The notes under the pieces: generated by a model
What the model was told of the DNA's origin: nothing
Databases searched by the model: none
What the model saw: the letters and a program-made list of their open reading frames with translations, nothing else
Shown: piece after piece, positions 35,502 to 43,594 of the stretch
How positions within the stretch are numbered: position 1 is the first letter of the stretch
How the letters are laid out: the number at the start of each line of letters is the position of its first letter
Program-made: the position numbers and the translations under genes
DNA from: Gammaproteobacteria bacterium
Lineage (GTDB): Bacteria; Pseudomonadota; Gammaproteobacteria; Steroidobacterales; Steroidobacteraceae
Direction of reading: 5' to 3'
NCBI GenBank assembly: GCA_030831085.1
Contig: JAURLT010000033.1
Coordinates: forward strand, 1-50,908
Length of the DNA stretch: 50,908 nt

Positions 35502-36682
35502 GGATGCAGCTACTGGCAATCGGCACCGGCGTACTCCTGTCGAGTCTTGCACTGGCCGAGACGCCTGTCGCGCCCTTCGGCGAACTCGATGCAACGATCG
35601 AGCAGGCCATCGAGGCGGGGGCCGCGCCCGGCGCCGTGGTGCTGGTGGGGCAGGGAGAGCGGGTCCTGTATCGGCGCGCCTATGGCTGGAGGTCGCTGTC
35701 CGACCCGCGCGAGCCGATGACCGAGGACACGATCTTCGACTTTGCCTCCTTGACCAAGGTGCTGGCCACCGCGACGGCCTTGATGGTCCTGGTCGACGAA
35801 GGCGGGCTCTCGCTGGAAGATCCCGTCTCGAAATGGCTGCCGGATTGGGCAGGCTCCGACAAGGCAGCCCTGACCGTGCGGCAGTTGGCGACCCACGTGG
35901 CAGGGTTTGCACCCGACGTGGACCTCGAGGCCCCATGGGTCGGGCGCGAGACGGCGATGCGGCTGGCGCGTGAGACGCCGCTGGCGGCGCCCCCGGGTGA
36001 GCGCTTCATCTATAGCGACATCGGCTATTTCGTGCTGGCCGCAGTCATCGAGCAGGCGGCTGGCGTACCGTTCGAGACCTTCGTGACGGAACGAGTGCTC
36101 CGCCCATTGGGCATGAACGATACCGCCTTCAGCCCGGCACAGGGCCTGCGTTCGCGCGTTGCGCCCACCGAGCCGGGGGTGGAGCGCGGTGTGGTGCATG
36201 ATCCCACCGCGCGGCGCATGGGCGGGGTGGCTGGTCACGCAGGCCTGTTCTCGACCGCCGAGGACCTCTCGCGCTTTGCACGGATGATCCTGGCCGGGGG
36301 CAGTCTGGAGGGTGTTCGGGTGCTGTCCCCGGAAGCGGTCGGCGTGATGACCTCGACCCAGACACCGTCGGGCATGCAACAACGCCGCGGCATTGGCTGG
36401 GACATCGACACGGCTTTTTCCACCCCGCGAGGCGAGCGTTTTCCCATTGGCTCGATCGGGCATACCGGGTTCACTGGCACCTCGATGTGGCTGGATCCTG
36501 ATAGCGGTGCCTACCTGCTGCTGCTGACCTCGCGATTGCATCCTGATGGCAAGGGCGACGTCCGTTCGTTGCGCAAGCAGGCGGCCACCCTGGTGGCCCG
36601 GGCGGTCCTCGACGAAGGCGCCGGTCAGGCTTCCGGGGGTGGGGGCGGATCGGCTAAGGTGGCGCCCGGGAACACACCATGA
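35498..36682 (+). CDS. Beta-lactamase-family serine hydrolase (third paralogous fold in the window), secreted
   Basis: Signal peptide MRMQLLAIGTGVLLSSLALA. The SxxK motif is FDFASLTKVLAT. ATGA overlaps on both sides (murQ upstream, DUF1611 downstream). Confidence 0.65.
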   Translation: MRMQLLAIGTGVLLSSLALAETPVAPFGELDATIEQAIEAGAAPGAVVLVGQGERVLYRRAYGWRSLSDPREPMTEDTIFDFASLTKVLATATALMVLVDEGGLSLEDPVSKWLPDWAGSDKAALTVRQLATHVAGFAPDVDLEAPWVGRETAMRLARETPLAAPPGERFIYSDIGYFVLAAVIEQAAGVPFETFVTERVLRPLGMNDTAFSPAQGLRSRVAPTEPGVERGVVHDPTARRMGGVAGHAGLFSTAEDLSRFARMILAGGSLEGVRVLSPEAVGVMTSTQTPSGMQQRRGIGWDIDTAFSTPRGERFPIGSIGHTGFTGTSMWLDPDSGAYLLLLTSRLHPDGKGDVRSLRKQAATLVARAVLDEGAGQASGGGGGSAKVAPGNTP

Positions 36683-37680
36683 AAATAGAACAGCCTTACC
36701 TGCTTTTTCTGGGCGATGCCCCCGATATCCTTGCTGCCAAGACCGCCATCGGCGTGTGGTACTGGCGCCCCGAGCATTGCGTGGGTCAGCTGCGCCTGCC
36801 GGGCTGCGTGCCGAGGCTCCCGGCCCCCGAACTCGACATCGCTGCCGCGGTGGCGGCCGGTGCGCGGACGCTGCTGATCGGGGTGGCGAACCGGGGTGGC
36901 AGGATCGGTGAGGCCTGGGTGCCGACCCTGGTGGAGGCCCTCGATCGGGGTCTCGACCTTGCCAGCGGCCTGCACGTACGCCTGTCCAGCGTGCCCGAAG
37001 TGGCCGAGGCGGCGAAGCGCAATGGCCGTCGCCTGATCGAGGTGCGCGAACCGGGCAGGGAGTTCCCGGTAGCCAATGCGAAGCCGCGCAGCGGCCACCG
37101 CCTGTTGGCCGTCGGCACCGACTGTTCGGTCGGCAAGATGTACACCACGCTCGCGCTGGAGCGGGAGATGCGCGCGCGGGGCATGAAGGCGAACTTTCGC
37201 GCCACTGGTCAGACCGGCATCATGATTTCCGGTGAGGGTGTGCCGGTGGACGCGGTGGTCTCCGACTTCATTGCGGGCTCCATCGAGGAGCTGTGCCCGG
37301 CCAACGACGCGGATCACTGGGACCTGGTGGAAGGCCAGGGTTCGCTCTTCCATCCCTCCTTCTCTGGGGTCAGCCTGGGCCTGCTGCATGGTGCGGCGCC
37401 GGACGCCCTTGTCATGTGTCACGAGCCTACGCGCACACACCTGCGCGGATTGCCCCACTGGCCGGTGCCGAACCTCGCCGAGTGTCTCGAGCTTCACCTG
37501 CGCTGCGCGCGCCTGATGAACCCCGAGGTCCGTTTCGTCGGCATGGCCGTGAACACGTCCGCGCTGGCCGAACCCGAAGCGCAGTCGTTGTTGGCCCGCC
37601 TGCAGGAGACGCATGGCCTGCCTTGTGTCGACCCGGTGCGCACGGGCGTGGAGCCCATCGTCGACCTGCTGCAGTCCTGA
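36679..37680 (+). CDS. DUF1611-family protein (commonly paired with L-Ala-D/L-Glu epimerase)
   Basis: MKIEQPYLLFLGDAPDILAAKTAIGVWYWRPE is the DUF1611 N-terminal pattern. 333 aa. A one-nt overlap (TGATG) couples it to the epimerase. Confidence 0.55.
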   Translation: MKIEQPYLLFLGDAPDILAAKTAIGVWYWRPEHCVGQLRLPGCVPRLPAPELDIAAAVAAGARTLLIGVANRGGRIGEAWVPTLVEALDRGLDLASGLHVRLSSVPEVAEAAKRNGRRLIEVREPGREFPVANAKPRSGHRLLAVGTDCSVGKMYTTLALEREMRARGMKANFRATGQTGIMISGEGVPVDAVVSDFIAGSIEELCPANDADHWDLVEGQGSLFHPSFSGVSLGLLHGAAPDALVMCHEPTRTHLRGLPHWPVPNLAECLELHLRCARLMNPEVRFVGMAVNTSALAEPEAQSLLARLQETHGLPCVDPVRTGVEPIVDLLQS

Positions 37681-38699
37681 TGCGCGAGGTGCAGCTGCGC
37701 CGCGAGCGCTGGCCGCTCAGGGAGCCGTTTCGGATCTCGCGTGGCGTGAAGACCGCCGCCGACGTCGTGGTGGTCGAAGTGATCGAACAGGGTGTCACGG
37801 GCCGCGGTGAGGGCGTGCCCTACGCACGCTATGGCGAGTCGGTGGAGGGTGTACTGGCCCAGCTCGAGTCTGCGGCCGGTGCGCTGCGCGAGGGTATGAC
37901 CCGCACCGAACTGCAAGCCTTCATGAAGGCAGGTGCCGCGCGTAACGCGCTCGACTGCGCGCTGTGGGACCTGGAGGCGCAGTTGGCCGGCCAGACGGTC
38001 TGGCAACTCGCCGGCCTGCCAGAGCCGGCTGCTCTGGTGACCGCTCAGACCATTAGCCTGGATACCCCCGAAGCGATGGGGGCGGCCGCAACACGCCATG
38101 CTCATCGACCGCTCCTGAAGCTCAAGCTCGACGCCCACCTGGTGGCCGAGCGCGTGGCCTCGGTGCGTGCCGCGGCGCCGGCCGCACGGCTCATCGTGGA
38201 TGCCAACGAGGGCTGGACGCCCGAGGTGCTGGAGGAGGCGCTGCCGGCGCTGGAGTCGCTGGGCATCGAGTTGCTGGAGCAGCCCTTGAAGGCCGACCAG
38301 GATGGCCCGCTGGACGGCATCGGACATGCCCTGCCCATCGCAGCCGACGAGTCCTGCCACACGCGTGCCGACCTGGAGGCACTCAGTCGGCGCTACGATT
38401 TCGTCAACGTGAAGCTGGACAAGTCTGGCGGGCTGACCGAGGCGCTCGCCATGGTGGGCGAGGCGCGTCGTCTGGGCCTCGGCGTATTCGTAGGGTGCAT
38501 GATCTGCACGTCGCTCTCGATCCGCCCGGCCCTCCTGGTCGCAGCGCAGGCCGACTACGTCGACCTGGACGGCCCGCTATGGCTCACGAACGACCGCGAG
38601 GGCGGAGTTCGCCTCGGCCAGGATGGCAGGCTGGAGCCAGGCGACGCCGCACTGTGGGGCGGGCTCAGCCCGCGTCTGGCGCTCCAAACACCGACTTGA
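37680..38699 (+). CDS. L-Ala-D/L-Glu dipeptide epimerase (enolase superfamily, YcjG/AeeP-like)
   Basis: The in-frame ATG at 37680 gives MREVQLRRERWPLREPFRISRGVKTAADVVVVEV. KLKLD, DANEGW, and the DES...NVKLDKSGGLTEA blocks match MR/MLE-type enolase-superfamily metal and base residues. 339 aa. Confidence 0.7.
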   Translation: MREVQLRRERWPLREPFRISRGVKTAADVVVVEVIEQGVTGRGEGVPYARYGESVEGVLAQLESAAGALREGMTRTELQAFMKAGAARNALDCALWDLEAQLAGQTVWQLAGLPEPAALVTAQTISLDTPEAMGAAATRHAHRPLLKLKLDAHLVAERVASVRAAAPAARLIVDANEGWTPEVLEEALPALESLGIELLEQPLKADQDGPLDGIGHALPIAADESCHTRADLEALSRRYDFVNVKLDKSGGLTEALAMVGEARRLGLGVFVGCMICTSLSIRPALLVAAQADYVDLDGPLWLTNDREGGVRLGQDGRLEPGDAALWGGLSPRLALQTPT

Positions 38700-40101
38700 T
38701 CTCGACAAACTCCTCGAAACCGAAGGCGCCCCACTCACGGCCGATGCCCGATTGCTTGAAGCCGCCGAAGGCGGCGCGGGTATCCAGCCTGGCCCCATTC
38801 AGGTGGACGTTGCCGGCCCTGAGACGTGCTCCGATGCGCGCGGCTTCCGCGGAATCGGCGCCGTACACGTAGGCCGATAGGCCGTAGGGCGTGTCGTTGG
38901 CGATCCGCACCGCTTCCTCCACGTCGTCGTAGGGCAGCATGCACAGCACGGGGCCGAAGATCTCTTCGCGCGCAATGGTCATGTCGTTGGTCACGTCGCT
39001 GAACAGGGTCGGGCGAGAGTAAAAGCCCCTGGTGAGCCCCTCCGGCCTACCGGTCCCGCCCGCCACCAGCCGCGCACCTTCCGAGATGCCCTGCTGGATA
39101 AGCGACTGGACCCGCTCCCACTGCTTGCCGTTGGCCTGCGGACCGAGCGTCGTGGAGGCTTCGAGCGGGTCACCCACCACCAGCTTCGCCATCACCTGCA
39201 CGGCAATGGCCTCGGCCTCGGCCAGCTGAGCGCGGGGCACGAGCATGCGCGAGGGGGCGTTGCAGCTCTGGCCCGTGTTGTTCATCAGCGATCGCACACC
39301 ATGGGTGACGGCCTTCTCCAGCGGTGCCCCGGGCAGGATCAGGTTGGGCGACTTGCCGCCGAGTTCCAGGGAGATTTTCTTGACGGTGTCCGCTGCCGCC
39401 TTCGCCACCAGGATGCCGGCGCGGGTGGAACCGGTGAAGGACATCATCTCGAGGCCCGGGTGGGCGGCCATGGCCGCGCCCACCGAGGGGCCATCGCCAT
39501 ACACCAGGTTGAAGACGCCGGCAGGCACGCCGGCTTCGTGCAGGATCTCGGCGATGATCTGGGCCGAGAACGGCGCCAGTTCGCTGGGCTTCAGGACCAT
39601 GGTGCAGCCGGTGGCGAGCGCAGGCGCCACCTTGCAGGCGATCTGGTTGGCCGGCCAGTTCCAGGGGGTGATCAGGCCGCAGGCGCCGACCGGCTCACGC
39701 ACGATGCGGGTGCTGCCGAGCGGCTTGTCGAATTCGTAGCTTGCCAGCACGCCCATGGCAGTGGCGAGATGGCCGAGGCCGGAGGGCGCCTGCTGGGGCT
39801 TGGCCACGGTCTCCAGCGGCGCACCCATCTCCTCACAGATGGCCAGCGCCAGGTCATCCATGCGCTGCTTGTAGACTTCGATGACGCGCCCGAACAGCGC
39901 CAGGCGTTCCTCGCGGGTGCTGCGTGACCAGCCCTCGAAGGCCTCGCGGGCGGCCGTCACGGCGGCCTCGACCTCCGCGGGTCCACCCATGGCGACCCGG
40001 CCGGCGGCCTGCTCGGTCGCCGGGTTGATCACCTCGTTGAACTGATCGCCGGAGGGGGCGACCCAGCGGCCACCGATGTAGAAGCTGTCGAGTTCGCGCA
40101 T
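38665..40101 (-). CDS. NAD(P)-dependent aldehyde dehydrogenase
   Basis: 478 aa. FTGSTRAG, ELGGKSP and the catalytic-Cys region (GQSCNAPSRMLV) match ALDH signatures. Confidence 0.8.
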   Translation of the reverse strand: MRELDSFYIGGRWVAPSGDQFNEVINPATEQAAGRVAMGGPAEVEAAVTAAREAFEGWSRSTREERLALFGRVIEVYKQRMDDLALAICEEMGAPLETVAKPQQAPSGLGHLATAMGVLASYEFDKPLGSTRIVREPVGACGLITPWNWPANQIACKVAPALATGCTMVLKPSELAPFSAQIIAEILHEAGVPAGVFNLVYGDGPSVGAAMAAHPGLEMMSFTGSTRAGILVAKAAADTVKKISLELGGKSPNLILPGAPLEKAVTHGVRSLMNNTGQSCNAPSRMLVPRAQLAEAEAIAVQVMAKLVVGDPLEASTTLGPQANGKQWERVQSLIQQGISEGARLVAGGTGRPEGLTRGFYSRPTLFSDVTNDMTIAREEIFGPVLCMLPYDDVEEAVRIANDTPYGLSAYVYGADSAEAARIGARLRAGNVHLNGARLDTRAAFGGFKQSGIGREWGAFGFEEFVEIKSVFGAPDAG

Positions 40102-40180
40102 GCCGCCCAGTCCTCATGCCTGCCAGACCAGCTCACAGTCTAGCGACCGTCACGCCGGCCTGCTGCGCTAACATGGCCGC

Positions 40181-41980
40181 ATGAGCGCGACGGTGTTTCA
40201 GCAGGCGGTGGCGGCGTTCCAGGCTGGCGACATGGCTGCGGCGAAGCGGCAGGTGGACCGGGTGCTGGCCGCCCAGCCGCGCCAGCCGGATGCCCTGCAC
40301 CTCGCGGCGCTGATTAGTCGCCAGTTGGGTCGCCAGCTCGAGGCGCTGACGCAGTTCGAGGCGAGCCTGAAGGCAAGCCCGCACCAGCCGGTCGTACTCT
40401 CGAACCTGGGCAACCTGCTACGTGACCTCGGCCGCCATGATGAGGCGGAGCAGCGTTATGGACGAGCCGTCGAACTGATGCCCCAGTTCGCCGATGCCTG
40501 GTACCAACGCGGGTTGCTCGCCATGGAGCGGCACCGGTCGGGGGATGCCGTTCTGCACCTGACGAAGGCGCGCGAGCTGGATCCACAACCCCGGGTACTC
40601 GCCGCGCTGGCGAGCGTGCAACTGGAGGGAGGCAAGCCCGCCGATGCGCTGCTCACTGCCCGCGACTTCGGGCGTATCGCCCCCATGGATGCCCGTGCCG
40701 TCGCGCTCGAGGCCAGGGCGCTCGCCAGGCTGGGAGACGAGACGGCTGCTCAAGGGCTGTTGCAGTCGGGACTCGGCAAGGTGGACGATCCAGCCAGCCT
40801 GCATCATGAACTCGGCCTGCTGGCCCTGGAGCGGGGTGATGCCCGGGAAGCGATGGACTGTTTCCGGGCGGCCATTCGGGCCAGGCCGGAGTTCATCGAT
40901 GCGCATCGGGCGCTCAATCGCTTGCAGTGGGAGCGTGGCGATGCGACGTTCATGGAGTCCTACCGGCAGGCGCTCGAACAGACGCCTGCCTGCGCGCCCC
41001 TGCATCACAACCTGGCCGCCGCCTGCATCGCCAGCGGCGATGAAGACGGCGCAACAACGGTGCTTGAACGGGCTCTGGACACTGCAGGCTCCGACCCGTT
41101 CCTGCTGCACGGCCTTGCCGTTCAGTATCTGAAGGGCGGCGACCTGGGCCGCGCGCGCGAGGGCTTCGATCGCGCGCTGGCCTCGAGGCCGGACGAGGTG
41201 CGCTTTCTGATCGACAGCGCCAACCTGTGTCTCCGCGAACAGCAACCCGATGCTGCCCAGCAGGCCATCAGCCGGGCACTGGCCGTCTCGCCGCATCACC
41301 AGGAGGCCTGGGCTTACCAGGGGGTGCTCTGGCGGCTCGCTGGCGACGCCCGTCACGACTGGTTGAACGATTACGATGGCCTGCTGCGCGACTACGCGCT
41401 GCCCGTGCCGGCAGGTTTTGCCTCACTGCCCGAGTTCATGCAGGCCTTGGCCTCCGAGCTGGCGGGGCGGCATACCGCGGTGCGCCAGCCACTGGACCAG
41501 AGCGTGCGTCATGGCACCCAGACCACCGGCGTACTGCTGGACGATCCCCATCCGCTGCTGGTGGCCCTGCGCAGCGCCATCGATACCTGCCTGCAGGACT
41601 ACCTGGGCAGGCTGCAGCGGGAGTCCGAACACCCGCTCAGTTCGCGGTTGGGTCGCGGCGCGCGCTTTGCCGGCAGCTGGTCGGTGAGTCTCGGTGGAGA
41701 GGGCTATCACGCCAACCACGTCCATCCGCTAGGCTGGCTGTCCTGCTGTACCTACGTGATGCTGCCGGAGGCGATCGGCGCAGGGGGCGAGGATCGGCGA
41801 GGCTGGATCAAGTTCGGCGAAACCGCGCTTGGTCTCGGTGACCGGGAGCAGGTGGCGCGTGCCATCCAGCCGCGCGTGGGGCACTGCGTGTTCTTCCCGG
41901 CCTATTTCTGGCACGGCACCTTTCCTTTTCAGGAAACCGGCCGCAGGTTGACCGTGCCCTGCGATTTCGAGCCGGGCTGA
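40181..41980 (+). CDS. TPR-repeat protein with a C-terminal 2OG-Fe(II) oxygenase-like domain
   Basis: 599 aa. The first two-thirds is TPR repeats. The C-terminal HANHVHPLGWLSCCTYVMLPE...GHCVFFPAYFWHGTFPF fits an HxD/H...H cupin oxygenase of the PF13759 type. Confidence 0.6.
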   Translation: MSATVFQQAVAAFQAGDMAAAKRQVDRVLAAQPRQPDALHLAALISRQLGRQLEALTQFEASLKASPHQPVVLSNLGNLLRDLGRHDEAEQRYGRAVELMPQFADAWYQRGLLAMERHRSGDAVLHLTKARELDPQPRVLAALASVQLEGGKPADALLTARDFGRIAPMDARAVALEARALARLGDETAAQGLLQSGLGKVDDPASLHHELGLLALERGDAREAMDCFRAAIRARPEFIDAHRALNRLQWERGDATFMESYRQALEQTPACAPLHHNLAAACIASGDEDGATTVLERALDTAGSDPFLLHGLAVQYLKGGDLGRAREGFDRALASRPDEVRFLIDSANLCLREQQPDAAQQAISRALAVSPHHQEAWAYQGVLWRLAGDARHDWLNDYDGLLRDYALPVPAGFASLPEFMQALASELAGRHTAVRQPLDQSVRHGTQTTGVLLDDPHPLLVALRSAIDTCLQDYLGRLQRESEHPLSSRLGRGARFAGSWSVSLGGEGYHANHVHPLGWLSCCTYVMLPEAIGAGGEDRRGWIKFGETALGLGDREQVARAIQPRVGHCVFFPAYFWHGTFPFQETGRRLTVPCDFEPG

Positions 41981-41985
41981 GTGCC

Positions 41986-43503
41986 TCAGGCCCGAGGGCC
42001 TGACTCTTCGAAGGTGGCGTCGAAGGTGCTCTGGAAGCGTTCCCAGCGCCCGATCGAGCCAGCGTAAAGAGGTTGCCTGACCTGCCAGACACTCGCTGTG
42101 CGGACGGTATTCGACAGCGTATGAAACTCCAGGCAGGCGTCATCCCAGGGCTCGCCCAGAAACTCCAGCAGGCGTCCGATCTGTGCTTTCGGTTCGGCGA
42201 CCACCTGCTCATAGTCGACGACCAGCAGGTCTTTGCCGAGCAGCGCCTGCCAGTGGGCGATCAAGCGGTCATGCTGCGCGATGAAATGCCGGATGTGCGC
42301 GAGGTCGGTGGCATAGGGCGCCATCGGGCCGAGTCGGGTGGCGAAGATCGAGGTGGCGACGTCGCGCCAGTCGCGGCGGGTGACCACGACCCGTGCGGCG
42401 GGAAACAGCGCCTTGATGAGGCCCAGATACAGGAAGTTGTCCGGTCGCTTGTCGGTGATGCGGGTGTCCTTGCCGAAGATGGCCTCGGTCTCGCGCTGGT
42501 AGCTGCGGGCCCAGGACTTCAGGCGGCCCGCGTCGACGCTCGCGATCTCGCGCGGATAGCCCGGCAATTGCGCGGCGACCAGCCGGGGGAAGAACTCGCG
42601 CTCCCCTCCTGGGGTGAACGCCGGATGCGCGGCCAGCGCCTGCTCGAGGAGCGTGGAGCCGGAACGCAGCATGCCGCAGATGAACACCGGCGAGGTCGCC
42701 TGACCAGTGGAGAGGCGGGCCAGCCACTCGGGCGTGCAAGTGGCGATCAGCGTGTCGATTCCCGATTCCACCCGCCCGGGTGAATACGCGGGCATCACGC
42801 TTCGATCAAGGCGGTTGGCCTCGGCATAAGCTTGCCATGCGGCCTCATACTGGCCACGTTGCTCGCGCGCCCGCCCGACCGCGAAATGCAGGTCCGGATC
42901 GCGGGAGCCCCCTGCAGCGGCCTCAAGGCGCTGGAGCACCGGCTCACCGTCCACGTTGAAGTCGAAGGTGTCGGCCAGTCGGGCGAGGGAGGGCGTGGCC
43001 GCCGGATCGATTTCGAGACACCGCCCGAACAGTTCGCGGGCACGCTCCAGTTGCCCCTCCTGTTCGGCGAGGCCGCCGAGATTGTGCACGGCCGGCAGGT
43101 AGGCGGGATTCAGGCGGAGGGCTTGCTCGAGGTGCTGCTTCGCGCGACGGTCGTCGCGCAGCACCGAGGAGTACAGGTTGGCCAGGTTGGTATGTGCTTC
43201 CTCGGCCCGCGGGATGCCAAGCTCGATGGCTTTCTCGTAGTGGCGCACCGCCACCATGGGCTGGCCCTGGCGGGCGCTGAACCAGGCGAAGTTGAAATGC
43301 CCCAGCGAGGAGCGCGGGTGGGTGCGCAGGTACTGTTCCCAGGCCGCGGCCGCGGCATCCAGCCTGCCGCTGCGCAGGCACAGCTGGCCCAGCTGGTTCA
43401 ACAGGGGCAGCGGTTCCGGAGACTGGCGGATGGCACGCCGCAACTCGCCGATGGCCGCTTCGAGGTTCGCTCCAGTGGGGGGCTTTCCTGCTGCGTCGTT
43501 CAT
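41986..43503 (-). CDS. TPR-repeat sulfotransferase-family protein
   Basis: 505 aa. The N-terminal half is TPR. VFICGMLRSGSTLLEQAL is the 5'-PSB PAPS-binding loop. RDWRDVATS and the HY/R context follow. Confidence 0.65.
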   Translation of the reverse strand: MNDAAGKPPTGANLEAAIGELRRAIRQSPEPLPLLNQLGQLCLRSGRLDAAAAAWEQYLRTHPRSSLGHFNFAWFSARQGQPMVAVRHYEKAIELGIPRAEEAHTNLANLYSSVLRDDRRAKQHLEQALRLNPAYLPAVHNLGGLAEQEGQLERARELFGRCLEIDPAATPSLARLADTFDFNVDGEPVLQRLEAAAGGSRDPDLHFAVGRAREQRGQYEAAWQAYAEANRLDRSVMPAYSPGRVESGIDTLIATCTPEWLARLSTGQATSPVFICGMLRSGSTLLEQALAAHPAFTPGGEREFFPRLVAAQLPGYPREIASVDAGRLKSWARSYQRETEAIFGKDTRITDKRPDNFLYLGLIKALFPAARVVVTRRDWRDVATSIFATRLGPMAPYATDLAHIRHFIAQHDRLIAHWQALLGKDLLVVDYEQVVAEPKAQIGRLLEFLGEPWDDACLEFHTLSNTVRTASVWQVRQPLYAGSIGRWERFQSTFDATFEESGPRA

Positions 43504-43538
43504 GGTGCAAGGATACCGTCCGAGGGTTTTTCAGGCAC

Positions 43539-43567
43539 AAAAAAAGAGGCGGGCCGAAGCCCGCCTC
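43539..43567 (-). terminator. Rho-independent terminator downstream of the TonB-receptor gene
   Basis: On the minus strand: GAGGCGGGC-ttcg-GCCCGCCTC followed by TTTTTTT (plus strand aaaaaaaGAGGCGGGCcgaaGCCCGCCTC). Confidence 0.55.
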
Positions 43568-43594
43568 CAGGTGTCACGAGAGGACGCCTTGCGC

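Noticed and set aside
41986-42003. The TCAGGCC-cgag-GGCCTGA hairpin between the convergent oxygenase and sulfotransferase genes, considered as a bidirectional terminator.
   Set aside because: There is no U-run on either side, and it overlaps the sulfotransferase stop codon. It may still be a structural element, but it is not a classic intrinsic terminator.
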